NCBI GenBank assembly: GCA_963842525.1
Contig: CAWJGT010000003.1
Span: forward strand, 1,248,001-1,312,000
Length of the DNA stretch: 64,000 nt
Reading direction: 5' to 3'
From: an uncultured Holophagales bacterium
GTDB taxonomy: Bacteria; Acidobacteriota; Thermoanaerobaculia; Multivoradales; UBA5704
Below, in pieces: positions 31,570 to 41,707 of this stretch (positions are counted from its first letter, which is position 1; every line of letters starts with the position of its first letter). Both the position numbers and the translations under genes were made by a program. Below the pieces are notes generated by a model. The model saw only the letters and a list, made by a program, of their open reading frames with translations. It was not told the origin of the DNA and did not search any database.

Positions 31570-32181
31570 ATGGACGCCTACATCGGGAGCTTCCTGCCGC
31601 TCTTCGTTGCCATCAACGTGCCGGGCATCCTGCCCGTCTATCTGGCGGTCACCGAACGGATGACCGCGGGGGAACGCCGGAGGCTGACCCTGCAGGCGTT
31701 GGCCACCGCCTCGCTGCTCTCCGTCCTGATCCTGTTCGCGGGCCAGCTCATCTTCTCCCTGCTCGGCATCACCGTGAACGACCTGCGGGTCGGCGGCGGG
31801 CTCATCCTGCTGGTGCTCAGCATCTCGAACCTGATCTTCGGGGACTTCCGGCGGCGCGACCCGCGACAGGGAGAGGCGGAGGAAGGGGAGGATCCGGCCT
31901 CGGTGGGCGTCGTGCCGCTCGGCATCCCGCTGATCATCGGCCCCGCCGCGATCACGTCGATCCTGGTCTCGCGAGAAGCATTCGGCTACCTGCCGACCCT
32001 CACCTCGCTGGTCGCAAACATGGCGTTGGTGTTCCTGACCCTGGCTTTCGCCCCCTATATCGGCCGCTTCATGGGACCGGCAGTGAGCCGCGCCTTCGGC
32101 AAGGTGGCGAGCCTGTTCCTGGCCGCCATCTCGGTGGCGCTGATCCGCGCCGGCGTGGTGGGGATGATCGCAGCGCTGTAG
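31570..32181 (+). CDS. marC: MarC-family membrane protein
   Basis: LFVAIN, GGLILL, VVPLGIPLIIGPAAIT. Confidence 0.85.
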   Translation: MDAYIGSFLPLFVAINVPGILPVYLAVTERMTAGERRRLTLQALATASLLSVLILFAGQLIFSLLGITVNDLRVGGGLILLVLSISNLIFGDFRRRDPRQGEAEEGEDPASVGVVPLGIPLIIGPAAITSILVSREAFGYLPTLTSLVANMALVFLTLAFAPYIGRFMGPAVSRAFGKVASLFLAAISVALIRAGVVGMIAAL

Positions 32182-32483
32182 CGGTATTCCGAAAGCTCTG
32201 CGGTCGGCGTCGCCTTGGTCCCTCACCCCCGACCCCTCTCCCATCCGCACTCCCTTCCCCCGGGAGAGGGGAGAAAAGCATGATCAGGAAGTAGGGGCGG
32301 CCCTTGTGGCCGCCCTCCGGAAGGGCACCCACAAGGGGCGCCCCTACAGAGGGACGATCCATCTTTTCAGACGTGACAGGGTACTGGGTGGGGGCTCCCC
32401 TCTCCCGGGCGGGTGTGAGTGCGGATGGGAGAGGGGTCGGGGGTGAGGGACCGGGGCTCGCGCAGGAATTTCCAAACACCCTC
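32179..32483. mobile_element. Second copy of the 336-549 element with a nested GTAG REP doublet (32291-32347)
   Basis: Shares GAGAAAAGCATGATCAGGAAG and the right arm ending TTTCCAAACACCCTC; insert GTAGGGGCGGCCCTTGTGGCCGCCC..GGGCACCCACAAGGGGCGCCCCTAC; left terminus diverged. Confidence 0.75.
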
Positions 32484-32540
32484 TTAATTTAAGAGTTTCC
32501 CCCTCTCCCGATTTCGGGAGAGGGGGCAGGGGGAGAGGGC

Positions 32541-34349
32541 CTACGGGGCCGGTTTCGCTTCGCCCTGCATCTGCGGCACGTGCTCCTCGAGCACGGCCTT
32601 GCGCAGCAGGTTGGGCGGCAGGAGCCCTTGGGCGAGGATGAAGTCGTGGTACTTCTGGCGGTCGAACTTCGACCCCAGGATCCGCTCCACCTCGGTGCGC
32701 AGCGACATCAGCCGGGTATAGCCGACGAAATAGGCGGTCGCCTGGCCGGGGCTGCGGAACGTGTAGCGCTGCACCTCCTGGAGGGCCATGCCCTCGGAGA
32801 GCCCCACGTCCTCGCGCAGGACCCGGGTGGCCTCCTCGCGGGTGATCCTGCCGAGCTGCAGCCCGGGATCGAGGAAGGCGCGGGCGGCGCGCATCAGCCG
32901 GCTCTGCAGGCTGGCAAGCTGGGCGTCGAGAGGGAGATACGGCCGGACCTCGGCCTCGGCGTACAGGGCCCAGCCCTCCACGTTCACGCTGTTGAAGGCG
33001 AAGATCGCCCGCGTCTTCGACACACCCTTCTCGACCAGCGCCGCGAACTGCAGCTCGTGGCCGGGCCGCCCCTCGTGGGCGGTCAGCGTCCAGGAGATGG
33101 CGTCGAAGGTGAAGTCGTCGAGCGCGAGCTGCTGGCCCTCCTGCGTGCCGGGGATGCGCAGCGGCAGCACGAACTCGCCCATCTCGCCGGTGTTGCCGAT
33201 CAGCCGCGGTGGGCGCATGTTCGGCGCCGCGACGGCGACGCTCTCGGCCTCGCTCGCCAGCCGCACCCGCATCTCGCGCGCCGGCAGGGTCACGATGCGC
33301 TGCTTGCGGATGATGTCCTCCATGTCGCGTACGCGCTGCTGGTAGAGCGGCAGGATCGCGTCGCCGGTGACCTGCTTCTTCTTGAGCTCGCGCAGCACGC
33401 CGCGATAGTCGGTGACCGACAGCCCATGCTCCTTGGCCACCAGGGGAGCCAGGGCCTGCATCTCGTTCTGGATCTCCCGGAAGGCTACCTCGGCGCGGCT
33501 CACCAGCTCCTCGACCGGCATGTCGACCCCGACCTGCTCGAGGCTGAAGGCGTACATCTCGGGCGGCAGCCGGAAGTCGGTGCGGGCGCGCGGCAGGATC
33601 TCCTTGCGGACGAAGCCGTCGTAGGCCGCGAGCTGCTGCTTGAGCTTGGCGTAGGGCTCTTCATACCCTTTGATCTGGTACTTCTGGAAGAGTTGCTCCA
33701 GGCCGTCGACATAGGTCTTGTTGTTGGCGAGGTCGCGTTCGACCTCGTCCTTGAAGGGGCCGATCAGCTTGGGGTCGGAGAGCTTGGTGCGGACGTAGTC
33801 CTCGGCCAGCTTCGACAGCGGCTGGTATCCCGGCTCGACGCCGGCGTACTTGCGCAGGCGCACCAGGGCCGCCGGCCGCCGCGCCGCGTCGACCTGGTCG
33901 TCGAGCAGTCCGCGGATGCCGCCGAAGACGGCGCCGGTGATGTTGAAGTAGGGCAGGTAGTACTTCTCGCCCAGATCCTGGCCCTTGATGTTGTCCTGGA
34001 CTGTGCCGACCAGGATCTCGAGATCCTGGCGGACCGCCGGGTCCTTTTCGGCCTGCAGGCGCTTTTCGAGCTCGGCGAGCGCGGTCCGCGTGGCGGCCTT
34101 GCCGCGCTCCTGGAAGCCCGGCTTCAGGTCGAAGACCTCCTCGTCCAGGCCGGGGATGCCGAGCTCGCCCGCGCCCTCGGGGCCGAAGCGGGCCATCACC
34201 TCGAGCAAGACCTGGGCGTTCTCGTCGCTGCGCGCCACCCAGGACGGCGGCGTCGCGGCGGAAACAGCGGTGGACCAGGCCAGCGCCAGAAGCGCAGCCA
34301 CGCCTACCGCGCGGCGGAAGGGTACAGGCATCGATCTAGGTGGAGTCAC
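32541..34349 (-). CDS. DUF885 family secreted protein
   Basis: Signal peptide; AHEGRPGHELQ, EGWALYAE, EVQRY..PGQATAYFVG, YHDFIL..G. Confidence 0.9.
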   Translation of the reverse strand: MTPPRSMPVPFRRAVGVAALLALAWSTAVSAATPPSWVARSDENAQVLLEVMARFGPEGAGELGIPGLDEEVFDLKPGFQERGKAATRTALAELEKRLQAEKDPAVRQDLEILVGTVQDNIKGQDLGEKYYLPYFNITGAVFGGIRGLLDDQVDAARRPAALVRLRKYAGVEPGYQPLSKLAEDYVRTKLSDPKLIGPFKDEVERDLANNKTYVDGLEQLFQKYQIKGYEEPYAKLKQQLAAYDGFVRKEILPRARTDFRLPPEMYAFSLEQVGVDMPVEELVSRAEVAFREIQNEMQALAPLVAKEHGLSVTDYRGVLRELKKKQVTGDAILPLYQQRVRDMEDIIRKQRIVTLPAREMRVRLASEAESVAVAAPNMRPPRLIGNTGEMGEFVLPLRIPGTQEGQQLALDDFTFDAISWTLTAHEGRPGHELQFAALVEKGVSKTRAIFAFNSVNVEGWALYAEAEVRPYLPLDAQLASLQSRLMRAARAFLDPGLQLGRITREEATRVLREDVGLSEGMALQEVQRYTFRSPGQATAYFVGYTRLMSLRTEVERILGSKFDRQKYHDFILAQGLLPPNLLRKAVLEEHVPQMQGEAKPAP

Positions 34350-34498
34350 GATGTCTCCTTGAGGAATTCCGGAGGTTGGTGCTCCCTGACGAGAGCGTTC
34401 GTGCTGAGCTTACGCCACGCAGGGCCGAATGTTTCGGTCGGGCAAGCGGGCGGATGCATGCCAGCAGGCCGCCGACAGCCCTCGCAGTGTCTGCAGCC

Positions 34499-34720
34499 TC
34501 AGGGCTCTTTGAGGCGTTTGACCTGGGGTACCACTTCGATCAGAGCCCGCAGCGCTCTGTTGACCGATTCGGGAGTCGTGAAAACCTCGGCGACATCCTC
34601 GTCGAGGATGACGGCGAGCCCTTTGCTTGCGCCCTCACCAGCGAATCGGTTCGGTTTCGCCGTTCGATAGTCGAAACGGCGGTTGGAGCTTGCCTTGTCC
34701 TCATCCCACTCGAACCTCAC
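34499..34720 (-). pseudogene. BrnT toxin N-terminus fused in frame to a BrnA-like antitoxin C-terminus
   Basis: MRFEWDEDKASSNRR (BrnT-like start) joined to FDYRTAKPNRFA..LDEDVAEVF..SVNRALRALI (antitoxin-like). Confidence 0.65.
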
Positions 34721-34870
34721 CGGCCCATTATAGATGCAGGTGGCATGAATGGGCTCTGGTCACCGGTTTCCTGGCTCCGCGACCGTGACCTGGGCCACGA
34801 ACTTTGGCCGCCCCGGGACGTACACTTGCTTACTGCCCGGCTCCGGAGAGCGCGTCGGCGTGGAGAACCT

Positions 34871-35304
34871 ATGACCACCCTCATCCGACACCCTGTGTTA
34901 CCCCTCGCTCTCGTTCTCCTCTGCAGCGGGACGACCGGTGCCATCGCCCAGCAGGCGGCGAGCTCCGAGGCCGCTCCCGCCGGAATGCGGCTCCAGATGC
35001 TGCTGACCACGCCGTTCGTCGACAACAACGACCTTCTGGCCCGCACCGCTCCCACCGTCTACACCACCACGAGGATCGCTCGCGGATCCGGGTCCTCGAT
35101 GTCGTCGCTGGATCGCCGGCGGCGGAGGCCGGGATCAAGATCGGCGACCGCCTCACCACGATGGACGGCCAGCCGCTCGGCGAGCTGCCGCTCGAGCGCG
35201 TGCGGCGCCGCCTGCGGGGACGGGCGGGTGACAAAGTGGAGCTCACCTTCGAGCGCGGAGGCGAGGTGATCCGCCTGGCCCTGCCATTGCGCCGGGTGGT
35301 ATAG
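34871..35304 (+). pseudogene. Remnant of a secreted PDZ-domain protein
   Basis: Signal peptide, short fragment, then a frameshifted PDZ end RVLDVVAGSPAAEAGIKIGDRL..VELTFERGG. Confidence 0.55.
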
Positions 35305-35322
35305 CGGCCCCCGCCCGGCTGA

Positions 35323-35610
35323 TCAGGGCTCAGCGCAGAAGAGCGGGCAGTCCGGGCCGCAGAATTGTGCGCCGATGTTGTAACCGCAGCACTCTGATCC
35401 ATTCCCGCCGCTTGCCCAGGACTGGTGAAAACACTCGATAGCCTGGCAGTAGACTTGGTCGTAACAGCTTTGCGAACAATTCGAGCAGGGATCGACTTGG
35501 AAACCGCTGCAGGATGCAGTGGCCGGCTTGGGTTCGAACGAGAGCACAAAGACGACCATCGCCACAACCAACGAGAGTTTCAAGAGCAATTTGCGGGATC
35601 CAGCAAACAT
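35323..35610 (-). CDS. Secreted Cys-rich peptide (11 Cys in mature part)
   Basis: RBS GAGGAGG; signal ending KPATA; SCSGFQVDPCSNCSQSC..ECC..CGPDCPLFCAEP; lower GC than neighbours. Confidence 0.75.
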   Translation of the reverse strand: MFAGSRKLLLKLSLVVAMVVFVLSFEPKPATASCSGFQVDPCSNCSQSCYDQVYCQAIECFHQSWASGGNGSECCGYNIGAQFCGPDCPLFCAEP

Positions 35611-35873
35611 GTTGACCTCCTCGGCTGAAGCTCGCTGCCAATTCAGCGGCGTCTATAATAGGCCATGGCAAATCGGGTGACAAGCACGGCGCCGAACCGG
35701 CTTGCCGGAGGAAGCGGGGGGCACCTATTCCGGCTGGGAGCCAGACCATCGCTTACAAGATGCTCAGCTATGAGTGAGCGCGGAGCAGTGTTCGCCCTGA
35801 ATGCGCGCCGGATGGCCCTCGCTGCGGCGAAGCGCCGCCGGTCTGCCGCCTCCGCCTAAGTTGCGGTGAAGAA

Positions 35874-36186
35874 TAGGCTTATCCGGAGGTGGGTATCGGG
35901 CCCCGGACCGGATACAGGCCGCCAAGGCGGATCAGCCTCGTCACGGCTGCGGCCCCTTCGGTCTGCGCGGATACGCCGCGACGGGATTCAAACCCGGCCG
36001 TGAGCCCGGCGGACCGAAGCGGCGACCTGGCCGACAAGATCGACGGTGACCTCCTCGGCCTGCGGCGGCCTGCTGAAAGAGGAGCAGGGCAGCCAGCGCT
36101 TGGATGCACCCCGCCGGCCTCGAAGACCGGGAGCATCTCGGCGGCGAGCTGCCGGATCTCGGCCGTATTGCCGCGGCGAGCGTGGC
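35874..36186 (-). repeat. Copy 1 of a duplicated segment: helical/TPR-like protein C-terminus plus conserved downstream spacer
   Basis: Highly similar to 41686-41993; encodes broken IRQLAAEMLPVFEAGGVHP..ALAALLLFQQA..VRRAHGRV. Confidence 0.8.
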
Positions 36187-36269
36187 GGCATCGACCGCGA
36201 TCCCCTCCTGGAGAAGACCTCCTAAGTACTGGCCAACATAAGTGCGAGCACGTATCCGTGGCTGTTCAT

Positions 36270-36476
36270 CCGGCCCAACGGGCCGGCAGAACCCAGCCCA
36301 GGGCAGAGGCCGAAGGCCGATGCCCTGGGTCAACAGGCCCCACAGCCCTGCGGTCTGAAGGACCGCGAGAACCTCGCTGGCAACAGATGCGGAAGCGACT
36401 CTCGCGGCCTGTCAGGCCGCACCGGTTTGTCCTCTCTCTCCCCAGGGCATCGGCTTTCGGCCTCTGCCCTGGGCTT
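36270..36476. repeat. Complex inverted REP-like element
   Basis: AGCCCAGGGCAGAGGCCGAAGGCCGATGCCCTGGG mirrored by CCCAGGGCATCGGCTTTCGGCCTCTGCCCTGGGCT, with inner palindromes. Confidence 0.7.
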
Positions 36477-36559
36477 TGAAACCGGCAGGTCCGTTGTAGA
36501 ATAAAGAAAGGCAGCGCGGTGGAGCCATAGCCATATACGCGAGCAGGAAATCTTGGTTC

Positions 36560-36620
36560 GGCCAACCAAGCGGCTCCAGCGAACGGCTGGCGCCGCGCGC
36601 TTAGGCCCCGAGCGTTGGGC
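36560..36620 (+). other. Degenerate attC-like site
   Basis: R'' GGCCAAC, then CAAGCGGCTCCAGCGAACGG, ending GAGC-GTTGGGC (R'). Confidence 0.45.
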
Positions 36621-36741
36621 CGACTGGCGGTGAGTGTTCCTGACCACCAATTCCCGGCTGCTGTCATGCACACACTGCGCGCATTGTGGAGTTGCCCCGG
36701 TTTCGTGGACACTTTATCCTTTGGGATAATAGGAGTGTCCG

Positions 36742-37062
36742 ATGCCCAGAACCCGTCCCCCGTACAGTCCTGAGTTCCGGCAACAGATGGTGGAGTTGGT
36801 GCGAGCAGGTCGCACCCCGGAGGAGCTGTCGCGAGAGTTTGAGCCATCGGCTCAGGCGATCCGCAACTGGGTCCAGCAGAGCGGCGGGAACGTCGAGAGT
36901 CGTCGCGAGGCCGGCGGCCTGACGAGCGCAGAGAACGAGGAGCTGCGCCGTCTGAGGCGGGAGAACCGTCAACTGCGTGAAGAGCGGGAGATTCTGGCAA
37001 AAGCCGCGGCCTGGTTCGCTCGGGAGACCGGATCGATTCCGTCGAGGTGTTCAGATTCGTGA
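36742..37062 (+). CDS. IS3 transposase OrfA
   Basis: YSPEFRQQMVEL HTH; ELRRLRRENRQLREEREILAKAAAWF. Confidence 0.92.
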   Translation: MPRTRPPYSPEFRQQMVELVRAGRTPEELSREFEPSAQAIRNWVQQSGGNVESRREAGGLTSAENEELRRLRRENRQLREEREILAKAAAWFARETGSIPSRCSDS

Positions 37063-37910
37063 GCGCCAACCAGGCGAAGTACCCGGTGCGCCGGCTGTGC
37101 CGTCTGCTGGGAGTCTCCCCCAGCGGGTACTACGCGTGGTCGCGTCGATCGATCTCGCAGCATGCACGGTCCGACGCGGAGCTTGTGGCGCGGATCAGAG
37201 CCATCCACGAGCGTTCGCGGGGGACGTACGGGTCGCCGCGGATCCACGCAGAGCTGCGCGCTTGCGGTGTGCTGGTGAGCCGCAAGCGGGTGGCTCGGCT
37301 GATGCGCGAGGCGGGGTTGCGGGGAGCCAGTCGTCGTCGCCCGATCACCACGACGGTGCGGGATGCGAAGAGCCGTCCGGCCCCGGACCTGGTGAAGAGG
37401 GACTTCGCGGCCGGCGGTCGCGATCGGCTCTGGGTGGCCGACATCACCTACATTCCGACCGGGTCGGGGTTCCTGTACCTGGCGGTGGTGGTGGATGCCT
37501 GGAGCCGTCGTGTGGTGGGCTGGTCGATGGCCACGCATCTGCGGACAGAACTGGTTTTGGAGGCGCTGAACATGGCCTTGGGGCAACGCCGGCCGCAGGG
37601 AGTGATCCATCACTCCGACCAGGGGAGCCAGTACACCTCCATCGCCTTCGGCCAGCGCTGCCGTGAGGCCGGCGTGCGGCCGTCAATGGGGTCCGTGGGT
37701 GACTGTTTCGACAACGCGCTGTGTGAGAGCTTTTTCGCCACCCTGGAGTGCGAGCTCTTGGAGCGCCGTCGGTTCGGCACGCAGGTGGAGGCCCGCCTGG
37801 CCGTCTTCGAGTTCCTCGAGGGCTGGTACAACCCGCATCGTCGTCATTCGGGCCTGGGCTACCTGAGCCCAGTGGAGTTCGAACGACGCGGCGGAGGCGG
37901 CGTAACGTGA
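37047..37910 (+). CDS. IS3 transposase OrfB (DDE)
   Basis: YGSPRI, WVADITY, HSDQGSQY, DNALCESFF, YNPHRRHS. Confidence 0.93.
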   Translation: MFRFVSANQAKYPVRRLCRLLGVSPSGYYAWSRRSISQHARSDAELVARIRAIHERSRGTYGSPRIHAELRACGVLVSRKRVARLMREAGLRGASRRRPITTTVRDAKSRPAPDLVKRDFAAGGRDRLWVADITYIPTGSGFLYLAVVVDAWSRRVVGWSMATHLRTELVLEALNMALGQRRPQGVIHHSDQGSQYTSIAFGQRCREAGVRPSMGSVGDCFDNALCESFFATLECELLERRRFGTQVEARLAVFEFLEGWYNPHRRHSGLGYLSPVEFERRGGGGVT

Positions 37911-38069
37911 CGCCAAACCGCGGCCCGCTACGCGTTTCCGTAGGACCTTGGTGCTGGGGGGCTCTGCCCCCCAGGCCCCCCGAAGAACGAGTTGAGAACC
38001 CAAGCCCTAAACCGTCCACCAAACCGGGGCAGGTCCATTGAGTACCCACGGTGAGCCCCTAGACTTAGC

Positions 38070-39548
38070 ATGAATGGTCTCATTCTCGTCACTGGCGCTA
38101 CAGGCTACGTTGGAGGCCGACTTTGGCGCCGGCTTGAAGCGGACGGCAGGCGGGTGCGCTGCATGGCCCGGCGGCGGGCGGGGCTCGTGTCGCGGGTCGG
38201 ATCGGCGACCGAGGTGATGGAAGGCGACGTTTTGAAGCCCGAAACGCTTGGGCCGGTGCTCGAGGGGGTAGAGCTGGCCTACTACCTCGTCCACTCGATG
38301 GGCGCGGGCCGCGATTTCGAGTCCCAGGACCGGGAGGCGGCGCGGAGCTTCGGAGAGGCGGCGCAGCGGGCGGGGGTGCGCCGCATCGTCTACTTGGGTG
38401 GCTTGGGGCACGGCGAGGACCTCTCGCCGCACCTGAGGAGCCGGCATGAAGTCGGCGAGCGACTGCGCTTGTCCGGGGTGCCTGTGCTGGAGCTCAGGGC
38501 TTCCATCGTGCTCGGTTCGGGGAGCCTCTCCTTCGAGATGATCCGCGCGCTGGTCGAGCGCCTGCCCATCATGATCACGCCGCGTTGGGTAGAGGTCGAG
38601 GCGCAGCCGATCGCCATCGACGATCTGCTCGGCTATCTGGTCGCCGCGCTGCATGTGCCCTTCGAGGCGAGCCGGGTGTTCGAGATCGGCGGCGCCGACC
38701 GGGTGTCCTACGGGGACCTCATGCGCGAGTACGCCCGACAGCGAGGTCTGCGGCGAGTGATGATCCGCATTCCCTTCCTGACGCCGCGGCTCTCGAGCTT
38801 GTGGCTCGGGCTCGTGACGCCGATCTATGCGCGCGTGGGCCGCAAGCTGATCGAGTCAATCAAGCACCCGACCTTCGTTCGTGACCCCTCGGCGCGCGAG
38901 GTCTTCCCGTTGCAGCCGCGAAGCATGCGGGAGGCGATTGCCGCTGCCATCCGCAACGAGGAGAGCGAGATTGCCGAGAGCCGTTGGTACGATGCCTTCT
39001 CGTCCGGGGGCGAGGGACGCAACTGGGCCGGCGTTCGCTTCGGCAATCGATTCGTCGACTCGCGCACGCGGGAGGTCGATGTCGGGCCGGAAGAGGCCTT
39101 CGCGCCGATCCGCCGCATTGGCGGCGAGACGGGGTGGTACGCCTACGACTGGCTGTGGCGACTGCGCGGCTTCCTCGATCTGCTGGTCGGAGGCGTCGGC
39201 GTGCGACGCGGCCGGCCGTTGCCCGAGGCCCTGCAGGCAGGTGACGCGCTGGACTTCTGGCGTGTCGAGGCTTTCGAGCCCGGCCGGCTGCTGCGGCTTT
39301 CGGCCGAGATGAAGCTGCCGGGCCGCGCCTGGCTCGAGTTCGAGGTCGTACCGCGCGAAGGCGGATCCACAATCCGGCAGACGGCGCTCTTCGACCCGGT
39401 CGGTCTCATTGGCTTGATTTACTGGTACGGCGTGTATCCTCTGCACCGCTTGGTGTTCGCGGGCATGCTCGATGGATTGGCCCGAGCGGCGACCGCCCGA
39501 TCACGCAGGACTGGTGAGGAGCACAGACGAGGGTCGACGCAGCGTTGA
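38070..39548 (+). CDS. NAD(P)-binding SDR-like protein with DUF2867 (YbjT-like)
   Basis: LVTGATGYVG, YYLVHSM, HLRSRHEV, DFWRVE..AEMKLPGRAWLEF. Confidence 0.88.
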   Translation: MNGLILVTGATGYVGGRLWRRLEADGRRVRCMARRRAGLVSRVGSATEVMEGDVLKPETLGPVLEGVELAYYLVHSMGAGRDFESQDREAARSFGEAAQRAGVRRIVYLGGLGHGEDLSPHLRSRHEVGERLRLSGVPVLELRASIVLGSGSLSFEMIRALVERLPIMITPRWVEVEAQPIAIDDLLGYLVAALHVPFEASRVFEIGGADRVSYGDLMREYARQRGLRRVMIRIPFLTPRLSSLWLGLVTPIYARVGRKLIESIKHPTFVRDPSAREVFPLQPRSMREAIAAAIRNEESEIAESRWYDAFSSGGEGRNWAGVRFGNRFVDSRTREVDVGPEEAFAPIRRIGGETGWYAYDWLWRLRGFLDLLVGGVGVRRGRPLPEALQAGDALDFWRVEAFEPGRLLRLSAEMKLPGRAWLEFEVVPREGGSTIRQTALFDPVGLIGLIYWYGVYPLHRLVFAGMLDGLARAATARSRRTGEEHRRGSTQR

Positions 39549-39629
39549 GTGAGCAAGGCACGTGCGAGTTGCGTCGACGACGAAGATGCCTCGAAACGTG
39601 GAAAGGACTCATTGGCTCAGGAGGCGGCG

Positions 39630-39692
39630 GCCCAACAAGACGATGCAGATGACGGCGCTTCACGCCGCAGGTTGATCGCCAATCCGTTAGGC
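39630..39692 (+). other. attC-like integron cassette recombination site
   Basis: GCCCAAC-AAGACGATGCAGATGACGGCG-CTTCA-CGCCGCAGGTTGATCGCCAATCC-GTTAGGC: RYYYAAC and GTTRRRY ends with internal dyad. Confidence 0.75.
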
Positions 39693-39836
39693 GCCGGGGC
39701 GGGAGGTTTAGCATCGAGCCGCCCGGGTGCTCCACTGGCTGTTGCTTGGGAACAGCTCCGCGGAGCTTCCGGTCACCAGCCGGCACGCCGTGTTGCCGGC
39801 GCTCCCGTCGTGTTAGTCTAGGGCCAGGAGGCCGCC

Positions 39837-40100
39837 ATGCAACACCGCTTGACCATCGACTACGGCGACGATGTCCTCTTCAGTAGCGGCCTGACGCGCG
39901 GAGCCTTCGACGAAGAGGCCCGCTTCCTCCTTGCCGCGAAGCTCTACGAAGTAGGCCGGCTGAGCTCGGGCTTCGCCGCAAAGCTCTGCGGGAAGGGCAG
40001 GGTGGACTTTCTCCTCGCCCTCCCGCGAATCGGCGTTGCCATGAGCAACCTCCAGCCCGAGGATCTCGACTCCGAGGTGGAGTTCATGCGGCGTGGCTGA
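39837..40100 (+). CDS. UPF0175-family putative antitoxin
   Basis: LLAAKLYEVGRLSSGFAAKLCGKGRVDFL; overlaps the next gene. Confidence 0.8.
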   Translation: MQHRLTIDYGDDVLFSSGLTRGAFDEEARFLLAAKLYEVGRLSSGFAAKLCGKGRVDFLLALPRIGVAMSNLQPEDLDSEVEFMRRG

Positions 40101-40569
40101 ACCGATCGTCGTAAACACCGGGCCGCTGGTGTCCTTCGCCAGAATCGGCTGCCTGGACTTGATCGGCCGCTTGCCCTACGAGTTTCTTAGCCCAGCGGAA
40201 GTCTGGCAGGAGCTCGACAAAGGGCGCGCCGCAGGCCATCCTTGGGCCGCGCCAGCTTGGCTCAAGAAGAAGCCGCTGGTCAAACCGCCCTCACCCGCCT
40301 TGCTGGCCGGCCTCGACCTGGGAGAAGCCGCGGTCAACCAACTCGCCCTCGACCTTGGCGTCCGCACCGTGGCGATCGACGAATGGAAGGGACGCCGCGG
40401 CGCCCTCGCTTCGGGCCTCAGAGTCACCGGGTCGCTGGGCCTCCTGGGCCGCGCGAAGGCCGAGGGCCTGATCTCGGAGTTGAAGCCTCTCATCGCGAAG
40501 GCGATAGACGCCGGGATCTGGTACAACCGCGAGCTCGTCAGGAGCTTCCTGGAGGCCGCCGGCGAGTGA
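40093..40569 (+). CDS. DUF3368 / PIN-like putative toxin
   Basis: VVNTGPLV, LDLGEAA, IDEWKGRR, VTGSLGLL..AKAEGLI. Confidence 0.8.
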   Translation: MAEPIVVNTGPLVSFARIGCLDLIGRLPYEFLSPAEVWQELDKGRAAGHPWAAPAWLKKKPLVKPPSPALLAGLDLGEAAVNQLALDLGVRTVAIDEWKGRRGALASGLRVTGSLGLLGRAKAEGLISELKPLIAKAIDAGIWYNRELVRSFLEAAGE

Positions 40570-40764
40570 ACAAGAAGGGCTCACCGCCTCGGCCTACGTC
40601 GAAGTAAGGGCGGCGAACCCGGCCGATCGAGCGGACATCTGACGCCGCCAGGCTTTAGTTGCCGGGCTCCAGGGCGGGCTTTGTAAGAGAGTTCCGAGTC
40701 CGAGGGGTTAGGGGAAGCGGTCCTTTTCGAACCGACCTGCACTACAATCGGTGGGAGAGAAACC

Positions 40765-40841
40765 GCCCAACCCGACTGCTTAACCGGACGGTCAACGCAC
40801 TATCGTGCGTCGCCCGCCGGTTAGCAGGAGCAGCGTTGGCG
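40765..40841 (+). other. attC-like site
   Basis: GCCCAAC..CTGCTTAACCGG..ACGCAC-TATC-GTGCGT..CCGGTTAGCAG..GTTGGCG; left L box carries one extra base, as in attC. Confidence 0.7.
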
Positions 40842-40910
40842 GTCAGGGTAGTTGATGTCTTTCTTCGGCAAGGAAGAACCCGAGCAACCCGAGCCAGTCG
40901 AGATGTCCGG

Positions 40911-41345
40911 TCAGCCACAGTAGCCAGAGCAGAACCACGCGGTACCTCCGTCACACCGACAGCAGTCGAAGCACGTGGTGTCGTAATCGACGCAGTTCTG
41001 GCAGAACGAGCAGGACTGGCACCAGTGGGTCACGCCGTCGCACGTCACGTGTCCCTGCTCACCTACCGAACAGTTCCGGTCCACTGCCACGCAGGAGCTA
41101 TTGCCAGTGCAGTACTGGAAATGTCCCCAGGGCGAGCAACTCGCCTGGGCACTGCAACTGGAGAACTCGCCCACACCACCTCCCGCCCCGGAGCGCCCGC
41201 CGCTCTGAGTCGCCGCGGGGCAGACGTTGGCGGTCGAGGCCTGAAGCGAAATCAGCGCCAAGTCGGCGGGGGTCTCGTTCGGCGTGGCGACGCCGGCAGC
41301 CGGGACAAAAGCGACGACACAGGCGGTAACCCATGGAAGCTTCAT
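40911..41345 (-). CDS. Secreted Cys-rich protein (18 Cys, Gly/Ser pro-region)
   Basis: RBS GGGAGGA; MKLPWVTACVVAFVPAAGVA..SCSAQASC..CVAVDRNC..GHVTCDG..CFDCCRCDGG..CSGYCG. Confidence 0.75.
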   Translation of the reverse strand: MKLPWVTACVVAFVPAAGVATPNETPADLALISLQASTANVCPAATQSGGRSGAGGGVGEFSSCSAQASCSPWGHFQYCTGNSSCVAVDRNCSVGEQGHVTCDGVTHWCQSCSFCQNCVDYDTTCFDCCRCDGGTAWFCSGYCG

Positions 41346-41648
41346 ATCGACTTCCTCCCTTGCGCTTAGCTTATAACAGAACGCTGCATAGGCGACAAGG
41401 GCTGCGCCCAAGTAGAGGGCCTCGTGGCTCGCCTTGCCCGCCCGGAGAGGCAATCGTGGTCGAGCAGGCAGCGCGAGGGCAAAGCTCCCGTGGTCAGGCC
41501 CGCGAATTGCTGCGCAACTCGCTACGGTTGCACTTGGATCCAGTCCCAAACGACGCAGCTTGGCCTCCGCTTCGCTGCGGCCAAACTCCCCGGTCTGCTC
41601 ATCTCCGCCGGCGTCGCCGCCGCCGGCACCTGGGGCCTCGGCGAGGCT

Positions 41649-41707
41649 GCTTATGTCGCGGTGGATACGCTTAGACGCCGTGGATAGGCTTATCCAGCGG
41701 TGGATAT
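41649..41707. repeat. Three ~20-bp direct repeats GCTTA-N6/7-GTGGATA
   Basis: GCTTA at 41649, 41669, 41688; GTGGATA at 41661, 41680, 41700. Confidence 0.6.

Larger units (their letters stand above)
36687..38037 (+). mobile_element. IS3-family insertion sequence, 1351 bp
   Basis: IRL TGGAGTTGCCCCGGTTT, IRR AAACCGGGGCAGGTCCA, flanking 3-bp TTG duplication (36684-36686 and 38038-38040), orfA/orfB. Confidence 0.93.

Noticed and set aside
32580-34670. Long antisense ORFs (also 1681-3327, 15490-17421, 49880-51631, 61124-63058)
   Set aside because: Shadow frames of real genes in high-GC DNA, with no motifs or RBS.
4834-41345. Cys-rich peptides as lanthipeptide, ranthipeptide or thiopeptide precursors
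   Set aside because: No LanM/LanBC, radical SAM, YcaO or DUF692 gene is in the window, and Sec-type signals favour disulfide peptides.
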